Positions 42,958-53,471 of a DNA stretch of 64,000 nucleotides are shown piece after piece. Position 1 is the first letter of the stretch. Every line of letters begins with the position of its first letter. A program made the translations under genes and the position numbers. The stretch comes from Epithemia pelagica (lineage: Eukaryota; Protista; Bacillariophyta), in assembly GCA_946965045.2 (NCBI GenBank), contig OX337238.1, positions 62,001-126,000 on the forward strand, given 5' to 3'. The notes under the pieces were generated by a model that searched no databases, was not told the DNA's origin, and saw only the letters and a list, made by a program, of their open reading frames with translations.

Positions 42958-43725
42958 TTATTCCAACACAAAGGTAATGCCTTCCATATCGCAGGATCCA
43001 TCGTAGACACAGAGGACACTGCAGGGCGCTTCATTGTTGGATCGGCCTCGCATGGCGCGAATATCGGCCGCCCGCAAAAAGCAGGACCGGGCTCGCGAAT
43101 TGACATGGACAAACAATTTCGAACAGGCCTGGTCGTTAAAGGATCGGGTACATCGGACTTCGCCCTTGCCGCCGGCAAAGACCGTCATGCTGGATCGTTG
43201 CCATCCCGGTCCGGGCGGCGGCGTACAGGAATCCGTCCCATCGCACGAGACGAGTGTATCCGTTTCAATCGTGGAATCAATACAGGAATGATCGCCCACA
43301 CCACCGCCGCAATAGACATCGTGCGATTTGTAAAAATGCGTTCGTTGACAGGCCATGCTGCCGGTACAATAGACGGCTTCATTGTTGGTAAATTGAGCAA
43401 ATTTGCACGCGACATCGGCCTCGCAATGGACTTTGCGACAATTGCGAATGGTCCAATTTTCACAGGCCGATTTGATTTTGCACCGCAATTCGTCACTCGT
43501 GACATTGTACGACACTCCTCGAGGCATGCGAGACAAGGGTACCGCCTTGCCGGCACTGTCCTTCAACACACACGTCGCTTGCACCGTGGCTGGAGACCAA
43601 ACCGTCCATAATAGTAGCAACCATAGCCATGCCAAACGCAGGCATGACTTGGGAGGGGCCGACCATGACGTTGTTGAGTGCGTGTGGGAGGAGGAAGAGA
43701 ATCTGTGGGGTGAACACCGCTTCAT
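42958..43725 (-). CDS. Secreted cysteine-rich 19-aa-repeat family member 3
   Basis: Signal LAWLWLLLLWTVWSPATVQA; 18 Cys counted in the mature part. Confidence 0.88.
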   Translation of the reverse strand: MKRCSPHRFSSSSHTHSTTSWSAPPKSCLRLAWLWLLLLWTVWSPATVQATCVLKDSAGKAVPLSRMPRGVSYNVTSDELRCKIKSACENWTIRNCRKVHCEADVACKFAQFTNNEAVYCTGSMACQRTHFYKSHDVYCGGGVGDHSCIDSTIETDTLVSCDGTDSCTPPPGPGWQRSSMTVFAGGKGEVRCTRSFNDQACSKLFVHVNSRARSCFLRAADIRAMRGRSNNEAPCSVLCVYDGSCDMEGITFVLE

Positions 43726-44203
43726 GGTCTTGTTGGCGAGTCAATGAATTGACAGTAGGGATTTGCCTGGAATGAATCTAAGCTGTACTAGGTAGCGTTC
43801 GCTCTTTTGCTCTTGTGTAGGCTTGTCCAGGGAGTGATTCCACGTGCCAGTGCTCGTTTTCTGGAACGCTTCCGTCGTGGCCAGTAGGAACCTGTGCTTG
43901 TCCAACGGAGGAGGTGCAAGAATCCAACGGTATCGTCCTCGAGACGCTCCTCCTGTGGTTAGTTGTGTGGGCTCTCTCTAGGCTTTTGGAATCGAGTTGT
44001 TGTTGGTCGTTGCTGATTTATCAGCGGGAGAGAAGGTTGCAATACAATGTCCCAAATGGCAATGGAAAGATGTTCGACGAACACGCACCAACTGCAGCGA
44101 ATCTAATGTTGATGGATATGGAAGGAGGAGCAGCAACCGCGAAGATGATGATAGGCCAAAAGAAAAAGGAAAAAGGAAAAAGACATGATAGCTTTTTCCG
44201 TTC

Positions 44204-44293
44204 GACATGATACTACAAACTCTATAGTACATGGACCTTGTAAAATTAGACATCGTACTACAAACTCTATAGTACATGGACCTTGTAAAATGA
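44204..44293. repeat. 45-bp tandem duplication
   Basis: gacat..tactacaaactctatagtacatggaccttgtaaaat at 44204 and 44249. Confidence 0.85.
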
Positions 44294-44865
44294 CAAGAGC
44301 CTTCCGATTCTCTGGAATCTCTGTTCGATGGCATGTTGATTGGCTGATTCTGTGTCGCACCCTGGGATGATCCAGATGCCGTGGCGGTCATCCGGGAGTC
44401 AAAGTGCCGAGTGATTGGATCGTTCGTTCATGACGCACCAAAAACTACCCCCAAACGGACCGTTTCGTTGGATAGCTACTAGTAGAAAGGAAGGAGAGAT
44501 CGAGGAAATCCAAAAAGATGGGGAAACAAAGGGTAAAATAGACCACCGCAATGGATGGATCGATAGAAAGAGCAACAAAAAGTTATAAGAGTAGCAATTT
44601 GAGTTTTGGAGGGTCGGATTCGCAAGGCATTCGTTGGGAATGATAGTCATGGAGTACCACACATAGGGGTGTCGTACTTTCATTTTGTCGTCAAATGAAG
44701 AAACCATAGTCCCAGGTGGTACACCGGTTCCGGTGTGTCGTTGTGTTGTTTGTGGTGATGGAGGGTAGAGTGATCCATTCACTGTACCACTCCGTTGGTA
44801 GTCTTGTTGTTGTTGTTGGTGGTGGTGGTGCGCTGTTGCTGTTTGTAGTATTTGCATGGATTCTC

Positions 44866-45639
44866 TCATGTTTCAAATCGATCGTCGGGGGCAAATTTGA
44901 TGGAATCGCGATTGCAGGCCGTTTCATTGTTGGTACAAACAACGGCACAGGGTCCCTTGGGGCCGTACAGGTCCATGGAAAAACAGGCTCGTTCGGGTCG
45001 ATCGACAAAGACGACAATGGTTTCACAGGCCGGCAATTCATCGACCGTGGGGACACATCGGACATGACCCTGCGTTCCGGCATAGACATTGAGACCGCCG
45101 TATTTGGCACCAGGTGCCGCACAACTGTGCGAGCCATGACAGAGCACGACGGTATCGGTTTCAATCGTGGCATCGACACAACTCAAGGTGGAATGTTGTC
45201 CCCCACAATTGACATCGTGCGAATTCTTGAAATAGGCTTCTTGACAACTCCGCGAATGCCAACAATTGACAATTTCGTTTTGGTCCAATTCGGCACCCCG
45301 ACAGGATTCGACGCCGCGACACAGCACTTGATGACATTGGGCAATCGTAAAGCCTTGACAGGACCGGCCCTTGTCGCAACGAATTTCATCCTTGAAATTG
45401 TCATTGTTGACATAATAGACACCGTCGGGTAACTTGTCCAAGTCCAGTTGTTGGCCATTGTCATTCCATACTTGACACTTGGCGTGGACCTTGGTGAGAG
45501 TTGGGCCAAGGCAAACGACAACAAGGACAACTTGGAGGAGGATGATTTGCCAATAGCCTCTTGGTTGTTGTCGGTGCCGATAGGATCCAACAGAACGGCT
45601 CCCATTGTTCCTGCTTCTACTCGATTGCATTCGTAACAT
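44866..45639 (-). CDS. Secreted cysteine-rich 19-aa-repeat family member 4
   Basis: ATG at 45639, signal IILLQVVLVVVCLGPTLTKVHA, KCQVWNDNGQQLDLDKLPDGVYY...SHDVNCGG...PCAVVC...ACNRDSIKF. Confidence 0.85.
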   Translation of the reverse strand: MLRMQSSRSRNNGSRSVGSYRHRQQPRGYWQIILLQVVLVVVCLGPTLTKVHAKCQVWNDNGQQLDLDKLPDGVYYVNNDNFKDEIRCDKGRSCQGFTIAQCHQVLCRGVESCRGAELDQNEIVNCWHSRSCQEAYFKNSHDVNCGGQHSTLSCVDATIETDTVVLCHGSHSCAAPGAKYGGLNVYAGTQGHVRCVPTVDELPACETIVVFVDRPERACFSMDLYGPKGPCAVVCTNNETACNRDSIKFAPDDRFET

Positions 45640-46865
45640 GATGCTTCTTGAGGAGGAGAAGAATTCGGAATGCCCTGTAGAATTTCCTTCCAAACGGAAT
45701 CCAAGACACGTGATCGAAGTATGCGTTCTTTGAATTTGCCGACACTCACGCCAAGATTCCAAAAATGGATTGTGAGTATCTCTGGGATGCACAGCACGCC
45801 ACAGCGTCAGCCACACAGAACCTCGATCTGGTCGAGTCTTGAGGCTGTTCCGACAGCAGAACAAAACCAATCCGAACACGTGACACGTCATCAATTTACA
45901 TCATCTTGACGTCATATTTCACTTCACAGTTTTTGTCGGCCCTCCATTCCGACAAATCCAGAGCTCAGGATTTGTAGCCCGACAAATCCTGAAATAACAT
46001 TAGAGATAGTGTTATATTTATTCTAGTGTACATGTGGCATACAGAAACTTCCGCCAGGCGTTCTGGACTTCAGCGGCGCGCGTTCGACTCCAACGGTCCC
46101 CCAATCCCTAATGAAGAAGTCCGACTTTCGAATACTTTGGTATTCAATTCCACAGAGTACGTTTGGGGAGCGTTGGGGACCGAAGCGCGGTCTCTCGTTT
46201 TGGTTTTGGTTGTGCTCGAGGATCGAGGATGCGAAAACAGGCCAAATTTGCCAATACGTGCTAGACAAGAGGTAGTTGTAGGAACTGACCAAGAGAGCAA
46301 ACTGCTTGAGAGGAAATTATATCCATATCAGGAGTCTATCTGTTGCTGATTTGATGTCGATGACAAGATGAACCTGAAAGGAACTTTTCTGGAGATTTTC
46401 CATTCCGCCATCCGCTTCATGGGGATAATTCACCATAGGTAATCAATATTCTTTAGAGGTCCTGGCGGAAAGAAAGGTGAGGTTTCCCTCACTCTTCTCC
46501 TTATAATGATGACATACATCATTCCGCATGAGCTTTCTCTCATGTCTTTCATCTTCAATGGTCACGGACAGCTAAACTAGGTAGAGGAGTAGCCACAGAA
46601 TTTATGAAGGTCGAGGGTCGAGGGTCGAGGTGTCTAAAACGCGTCCAATCAGCGACCAAAATGTCACTGACCATGGTTAAGCCAAACTTGTTTTGGGAAC
46701 GAGAACCCCGCAGACTATGGACAACCACAAGAAAAGACACAACAAACTGTTGAAGTCCAAAAGTTGTTCCCAACTCTTCGTTCTATGTATACTCCGCAAT
46801 CATGACAACAGAAACAGACGGGTCACAAAATCGAGAACACTCATTTGAAGGGATATCAACAAATA

Positions 46866-48615
46866 ATGGTTCCACACGGCAATGAAGCGGATCCATTATC
46901 CATCTCAAATGGAACTGACTATGGTTCCAGTTTAAGTTCTGGAATGGATGATGATAGCATGACAGATCTCCTCGTTTCAAAGTCATCTGACGACTGTATT
47001 CAGAAGAGTAGGTTGATCATGTTGCCGTCCTGCGTTTATCCTACAAGATACTTGTCCCTCACCTATTCTTGCTTTCTCGAAATTAGAAGAGCCTGCAATT
47101 GGTATGTTGGGAAGCATCGCAATCGCTGTCAATTCGCTGGCTGGTCCGGCAATTCTGCAACTCCCATATCAATATCAACAGTCTGGGCTAATACCTACTA
47201 CGGTATGTGTCGTTTTCGTTGGGATTCTGTCTAGCTATTGCAGCTTGCACATGGCAAATGTGGTGTCGCAAGTTCCTGGGAACCATGACTTTCGTCAAAC
47301 AGTGGAATTCTCAGATCCATTCCGCCTGTTTTGGAACAAATCGGCCTACAACATAACGCAAGTTCTCTTTTTCCTTTGTGCCACCTGCACGAATGTTGCG
47401 GCTATTGTTGATACATCGGAAATGGTTGATTCATTCCTTGGATTTCATTTTCGATCCGTTGGTTTCAATTTTGATGATTTTGCTTTCCAGACATGGTCAC
47501 ATCCTCCATGTTCAAGAAGGGAAGTCAAACAAGGAGTGTGCGAACCATTTGGCGATGGAATGATTTATGGAGACCATATGCTAACATTGGGCTACGTCAT
47601 AACAGCGGTTGTCTTCCTTCCTGTCTGCCTCATGGATCTCAAAGAAAGTGCAATATGGCAAATATAATGATTCACAGTTCTACTGAGTATCTCTGTATAC
47701 TTTTGCCTGGTGTTCTCCGCGGGGGATCTTTCATTGGATCGAGTTTCCTGGTGGGGGCACCAATGGGGAGAAATGTTTGGGGTAATTCTTTTCAATTTCG
47801 GTCTGGTACTTGCCGTCCCGGCTTGGCTTCATGACAAAAAACACAGTGTCTCGGTCAACAAAGTTGTGTATAGAAGTACAACCATCTCGGCGAGTCTATA
47901 CGTAGCTGTGGGTGCTTTGGGTGCCCTCGCAATTCCGAATGTTAATGTGAATATGTTGAATCCAATGATTTCAGGAGCCTTCGGTCCTGGGATTCAATAT
48001 GCAGCCAGTCTCTTTGCGTTCTTCATCATCGGACTGGATATACCGCTTTTCTGCGTCCTTACACGGTACAATCTTACTCACTCTGGTCTCTGCAGTGAGT
48101 GGACTGCAAACCTGATTGTGGTGTGGATCCCATGGTTCACATCTTGGCTACTTTATCAGGGTGATTCCATCGGCGAACTTCTTGATTGGAGTGGCGTTTT
48201 GCTCACATCGGCTATTGCATTCATTCTCCCTCTCTACCTTGCGCTTCGAATTCTTGTCACAACCGACCAGGAAGGTTCAGTCCACATCTATGGGATGCCG
48301 GTGAGCAGAGATCGTCAGATATGGTACCTATATGGAACACTATTCATCGCGTCATGTGCGGTTCTTGCTGCAATTGGAGGACAATTGTCCACGGTACGAG
48401 ACACGCCAGTGTATGAAGATCCGATGGAGTATGAAAATTCCACTCTCTTTTCTAAAGTTCTGGAGCACAACACGCAACACGAGCATCATCATCACCATCA
48501 TCACCACCGCCACAACAAATCGATCCTTCCTGTATTAGACGTTTCAGTGGATGACCAGAATTCCTCTCATTCCCTCTGTCCTATTCTCAACGACACCCAA
48601 ACTTTAGGACTGTAA
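46866..48615 (+). pseudogene. Amino acid/auxin permease (Aa_trans-like) transporter interrupted by adjacent in-frame TAA TGA. Exons 46866-47007 and 47087-48615
   Basis: 79-nt intron 47008..47086 gives QK|KEPAIGMLGSIAIAVNSLAGPAILQLP. Multiple TM segments; FNFGLVLAVPAWLHDKK; LIGLDIPLF. Stops at 47665-47670 with the same frame continuing (FTVLLSISVYF). His-rich C-terminus. Confidence 0.75.
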
Positions 48616-48876
48616 CATTTCAATTCCTGCTATAGATAGTCATTAACGTTATAGAAGAAGCCCAGCAACGATACTTCGATCAATTGTTTGCCTTGCTTGG
48701 GATCTCATGCTTCGTTGATGGTTGAAACGTTGGTATCAATAGTGGCAGGGATCGATGGGTGATGCCTTTCCCTTCAAAGAGAAGCAGAGTATCAATAACT
48801 CAGTTCTTACTAATACATGTTGTCCATATTAAACTTTGTCACAACGGCAACACAGTAGATAGTTGTGTGGGATTTG

Positions 48877-49236
48877 CTACACCAGAATCGGAGTCATGGT
48901 AATGTTGTCAACAAACAAATCCCAATCGGAGTCAAAGCCTCGGAAGCCGAACAAGAAATTGCTCCCAAGTGCCATGTCGTCGGAGATAGCAACAACACTC
49001 TCAAACTTGTTGAACTCCTCAGATTGATTTTGTCGTGCTGTCGGAACGGCCTGAGTGTGTAGGTTGTAGCATTTGTGATCACCTCGGCGACAGAGAAAAC
49101 CAGAAGGAGGAGGATCCATGTTATAGTTTGTGTGGAGCCATAACGATCCAATTGGATCTTCGACTTGCGTGCCACAGATTAGCTTCGAACGGCGACATTC
49201 CACGTCCAATCGAAACCCGACACAGTCACAAGTCAC
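48877..49236 (-). pseudogene. C-terminal gene fragment, possibly a carbohydrate-binding (CBM4/9-like) beta-sandwich
   Basis: EFNKFESVVAISDDMALGSNFLFGFRGFDSDWDLFVDNITMTP resembles the end of CBM4/9-type domains; no intact upstream gene. Confidence 0.25.
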
Positions 49237-49767
49237 AACCGACGCCCTACAGCCCTTCCATCCGGGACTGATGAGTCACGAATCATCGGCTGAGTCACGG
49301 GAGAGTCGACAGTCGACCATTCTAACTTCAAGAACTTTGGTGCATCATAGCCCACGTTCCTCCGACGACCATGATGTCAATCGTGGGGGGAACGGTAGTT
49401 CTTTGGTTGTGAAGAATCTATTCGTTGGAGAATACTATTGTTACGAGGAGAGGCGATGAAAACCTGCGCCGTCCATAGTTACGAGGAACGTCAAGAGGAC
49501 TTTTGTCCTTGTTTGGTGGTTGTGTTGTTTTGTCGTTTGGGGAGTGCAATAGCAATAATCTAACGTGTCGTCTTGAATGATAAGAATCGGTTGTAAGAAA
49601 GATTTGGGTAGAGCGTAGTATGTAGAGAGTGCATTGATTTGAGGGAGCAGAGTGCTCTCTTCTTCTGGATGTTTGCTGTTTGTAGGGTCTTGATTATTTT
49701 GTCCATTGGTTCTGTTGTGGTTTGAATTCTATGTACTGTTGTTGCCTTGTGTGCAATGTTGTTGTTG

Positions 49768-50526
49768 TTATTTGTTGCTGACCAAAAAGATGATGGTACT
49801 CAAATCGCAGGATTCGGGTGCGAGACAGACGAGGGCACAGGGACTATTCTGGAGGGTGGTATGGGTTTGACAGGCCCGTTTCTTGTCGGGGACACGAATG
49901 TACATGGATTGACAAGCGACGCCATCGCCGGTATCGTGGGCACACAAGACAGAGCCGGATTTGCCCACGGAAATCATGGGACTCCCATCGCCAATGTCGC
50001 GATTGCGTTCGGCCTCCAAGACTTGTTCCGGCGTTAATTCTTGCGACAATTCCAACGGCGGGGGTCCGCCCGGTAAGGTACAGGAATGGGACCCATGACA
50101 ATGCAAGAGAGTGTCGGTTTCCACGACCGTGTCGACACAGGCATGGGGTGGATCGCCGCACACGACATCGTGCGATTCGTAAAAGGAGGCGCGATGACAC
50201 GCATTCGTGGCTTGACACTTGACTTGTTCGTTGAAGCGAAAGACCGTGTTGAGACAGGCATGGTTGGTCGAACACACAACCTTGTTGCAATTGTGAATCG
50301 TCCAACCTTCGCAAGACGACCACAGATTGCACGTCAATTCATCCTTTTGGACATTGTACCAGACCCCACGGGGCAATTTCTTGAGCGATACCACCTTTTG
50401 GTTGCGATCCCACACTTCGCACTCGGCCGATACCAAGGGAGATGGAACCAACACCAAAAGGGTAGTGGTGGCCGTAAAGAGGACAAATCGAAGACGTTGC
50501 CAGAGGGGAAGGGATGTTCGAGGCAT
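49768..50526 (-). CDS. Secreted cysteine-rich 19-aa-repeat family member 5
   Basis: Signal FVLFTATTTLLVLVPSPLVSA; 18 Cys counted in the mature part. Confidence 0.88.
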   Translation of the reverse strand: MPRTSLPLWQRLRFVLFTATTTLLVLVPSPLVSAECEVWDRNQKVVSLKKLPRGVWYNVQKDELTCNLWSSCEGWTIHNCNKVVCSTNHACLNTVFRFNEQVKCQATNACHRASFYESHDVVCGDPPHACVDTVVETDTLLHCHGSHSCTLPGGPPPLELSQELTPEQVLEAERNRDIGDGSPMISVGKSGSVLCAHDTGDGVACQSMYIRVPDKKRACQTHTTLQNSPCALVCLAPESCDLSTIIFLVSNK

Positions 50527-51327
50527 GAGGATTGGTGATTGTTGGATTGATTAATTGATTGAGACTACAGTCTTTGTTGGGTGAGTTTGTGTTGTCAAAG
50601 AATCGGTCCGTCCGTCTTTGTTCGAGTTCTCCTTTCGCTTTGTGATGTCGACAAAGCGAAGAGTCGTCTAGAATAATACAAAGGGCTCAATGAACAATGG
50701 AGCTGACGGTTCTGGGAATGATGACACACAAGAGGAGAAGCACGGAGAGTAACTGCAATAGGGGCAGCCCTTATCAGACGCGAAGCAGATGGAACTGGAA
50801 CGCGAGAAAAGTTGTGTCAGGTCGAAGAAAAATGAGAGAGAGAGCTGTCCATGATGAAAGTGCGTGGTCGTCCGTCGGTCGTCTCATCAACCGACGCGCG
50901 TGTGTGAAGTTGGATCCAAGAAGACCATGTGGTCCGACGAATCTTGGGTTGTGCGACCAAAGCCAGGCCGGTGCTCTGTCGCAGGGGGAGCCACACGATC
51001 TTGGACTCTTCAAGCATTGTCATAAAGTCTCCAAGTCTCTCGACAGGTTCATCTAGAATCCAGCAAGTGGAAGCATAAATTTAAGAAAAAGCAGAGAGAG
51101 GGGATAACGAGTTGTATTCTAGATTCACTCTAGTTACGTATCGTAGGGAATCCTCCTCCTAGTAGTAGTAAAACTTGTGCTTGTTCGTGTGTGTGCGTGT
51201 GTGTGTCTATCATTGGTGTGTGTCGTTGTTGTTCTTGGTTTGGTTTTGTGTCTGTTTGTGTAATGACGACGCTCCATCCTTGGTCGTAAAAGTCCATCTT
51301 GTACTAGTATTCGTAGTAGTATTCTTC

Positions 51328-52197
51328 TCATGTCAAGACGAATCGAATCGTCTTCTTGTCACAAGATCCCGGAGAAATACAGGCCACGGCACAGGGCGTG
51401 TCATCCAACCAGCCCGTTTCGGCCAAACAGGCTCGTTTGCGATTGGGAACATGGACGGCCATGTTGCGACAGGCGGCCGACACGTTATTGTTGGTATGGG
51501 TATAATTAAAGTGAATCGCCGAATGGTCCATGGTTGGAGTGGGATGCGTACATCGAATGTACCCCGTCAAGCCGACATGGGCCACCAGAGAGGGTCGAAT
51601 GACGCGGCGTTTCTTGTTGCTGCTGGACGACAGGGCATCGCTGCGTTTTTGATGCTCCGCGGCAGCGGCCAACTCGGGAGGCCAGGCACAGGCATGGGCG
51701 CCTTGACAACTAATCATGGTATTGCTGTGAATGGTGGCATGCAAACAGGATTGGGGTGGACCAGTGCCGCCGCCATTGTTACCGCCCGAAGTCGATCCAC
51801 AAAAGACATCGTGCGAGGCGACAAATTTGGCATCGAGACAGGCCTGGGAGGCACCGCATTTGACGACTTGATTGTCGTGCAGGGTGGCATTGCGACAGGA
51901 TTGCGACAAACTGCAATCGACCAAGCGACAGGTGGCAATCGTCCAGGCAAAACAAGATTTGAATTGACCACAGGTCAATTCGTCGCGTTGGGCATTGTAC
52001 AGGACACCGGATGGCAAGGGTTTGGCCAAATCCAATTGTTGACCGGCACCATTGCGGACTTGACAGGCCGCCTCAACCCAAAGGGGGACGCTGAAAGTCC
52101 TACCAAGAAGGAGTAGTATCACCACCACAACAGCAGAGAAGAGAGGAGAACCAACCACAGAGAAGGAGGAATGCCATGATGGTCCAAGTCTCTGCAT
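51328..52197 (-). CDS. Secreted cysteine-rich 19-aa-repeat family member 6
   Basis: ATG at 52197, signal AVVVVILLLLGRTFSVPLWVEA, family scaffold with Gly-rich and basic loop insertions. Confidence 0.85.
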   Translation of the reverse strand: MQRLGPSWHSSFSVVGSPLFSAVVVVILLLLGRTFSVPLWVEAACQVRNGAGQQLDLAKPLPSGVLYNAQRDELTCGQFKSCFAWTIATCRLVDCSLSQSCRNATLHDNQVVKCGASQACLDAKFVASHDVFCGSTSGGNNGGGTGPPQSCLHATIHSNTMISCQGAHACAWPPELAAAAEHQKRSDALSSSSNKKRRVIRPSLVAHVGLTGYIRCTHPTPTMDHSAIHFNYTHTNNNVSAACRNMAVHVPNRKRACLAETGWLDDTPCAVACISPGSCDKKTIRFVLT

Positions 52198-52709
52198 GGC
52201 CACCAGTTGGTTCGTTGTTCGTGGATTCCTCGTTTCTCCTCGTCGTCGTTTGGATGCATCTTGCCACAACCACCGAAAAAGGACGAAAAGCTGATATCTC
52301 CAACAAAAGATCCTTCGGTGCCAGCAGTCACCGACACCACCGCATTTGCAGATCTTTCTGTGAGGGAACCGACCGAAAAAAATCTTCCAATGGGGGACAT
52401 CCACATCTCGTTGGGCCGGATGGCCGACTGCAGAGTTTGCAGTCTGCTTTCGGGATTCTCAACGTTCTCTTCTTTACGAGCGACCAAAAAAGGTTAGATG
52501 GACAGACCTTTTCGAATCCGGTGACGGACAGACCATGTAGTACTTCGAGGATCTTCCAAAGATATGGTTTTCTGTTTTCTGTTCCATTCCAGGTCAACGT
52601 CATGTCCGACTAGGTTGTCCTCGTCATACGAGCACTACCTAGAAAGACCATTGATACGGCAACACAAGGAGACGAAGAAGAAACACAAATAAGAAGAAGA
52701 AGAAGAAGA

Positions 52710-53471
52710 ATGCTGCATCGACTGGCAGTGTGGTTACTCTTCTTCTTTTGTTCGGCACACTGCCTGACGTTGTCGTGGGCGAAATGTGACCTGTTGGATA
52801 CGAATCGCAATCCGGTATCCTTACAAAATTTGCCAGACGGCGTTCGCTACGACGATGCCTCGGACACCTTGTATTGTATGGAACCCTTGGCCTGTGAGGC
52901 TTGGACGATTCACGACTGTCGCATGGTGTCGTGTCAAAATTACGAAGCCTGTTTGGATGGCATTTTTCAATCCAACGAGGTGGTCCATTGTCGCGCCACT
53001 CGCGCCTGCCATCGCGCCGTCTTTTACCGATCGCACGATGTCGTCTGTGGAACCGGTGGAGAAGTCCCTTCGGTATCTTCGACGCGCAGCGATCGTCAAA
53101 AGGCGGTCGCCCGCTATGCCTGTGTCGATTCGACCGTGGAATCCGATAGCATTGTGCATTGTCGAGGAGCCTTATCCTGTACCTTGCCCGGTGGGAAACC
53201 ACGCGATGACCATACCGGGACGGAGCAAGTCCATTTGGGATGGGAACTCATTGTCTATTTGGTCAGTGATGCGGCTCATGTCTATTGCGATTTGGAATCG
53301 CGCAGTACGGCAAGCATTGGACCGGCCTGTCAAGCCATGCGGATTCATGTCAAGGATGAATCGCGAGCCTGTTTTGCCGAAGCGTCGTGGGTGGCCGAGA
53401 ATCCCTGTGCCGTCATTTGTGCCACGTTCGAAGCGTGTGATTCGGAAAATATTAAATTTGTGGTCGATTGA
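52710..53471 (+). CDS. Secreted cysteine-rich 19-aa-repeat family member 7 (inverted, head-to-head with member 6)
   Basis: Signal LAVWLLFFFCSAHCLTLSWA; 18 Cys counted in the mature part. Confidence 0.88.
   Translation: MLHRLAVWLLFFFCSAHCLTLSWAKCDLLDTNRNPVSLQNLPDGVRYDDASDTLYCMEPLACEAWTIHDCRMVSCQNYEACLDGIFQSNEVVHCRATRACHRAVFYRSHDVVCGTGGEVPSVSSTRSDRQKAVARYACVDSTVESDSIVHCRGALSCTLPGGKPRDDHTGTEQVHLGWELIVYLVSDAAHVYCDLESRSTASIGPACQAMRIHVKDESRACFAEASWVAENPCAVICATFEACDSENIKFVVD

Noticed and set aside
45965-45992. Hairpin tcaggatttgt-agcccg-acaaatcctga as a Helitron 3' end or terminator
   Set aside because: The stem is not GC-rich and the nearest CTAG is about 30 nt away, further than typical; kept only as supporting context.
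47665-47670. TGA as selenocysteine or an alternative genetic code
   Set aside because: It is preceded by TAA, and TAA and TGA terminate other genes in this window normally.
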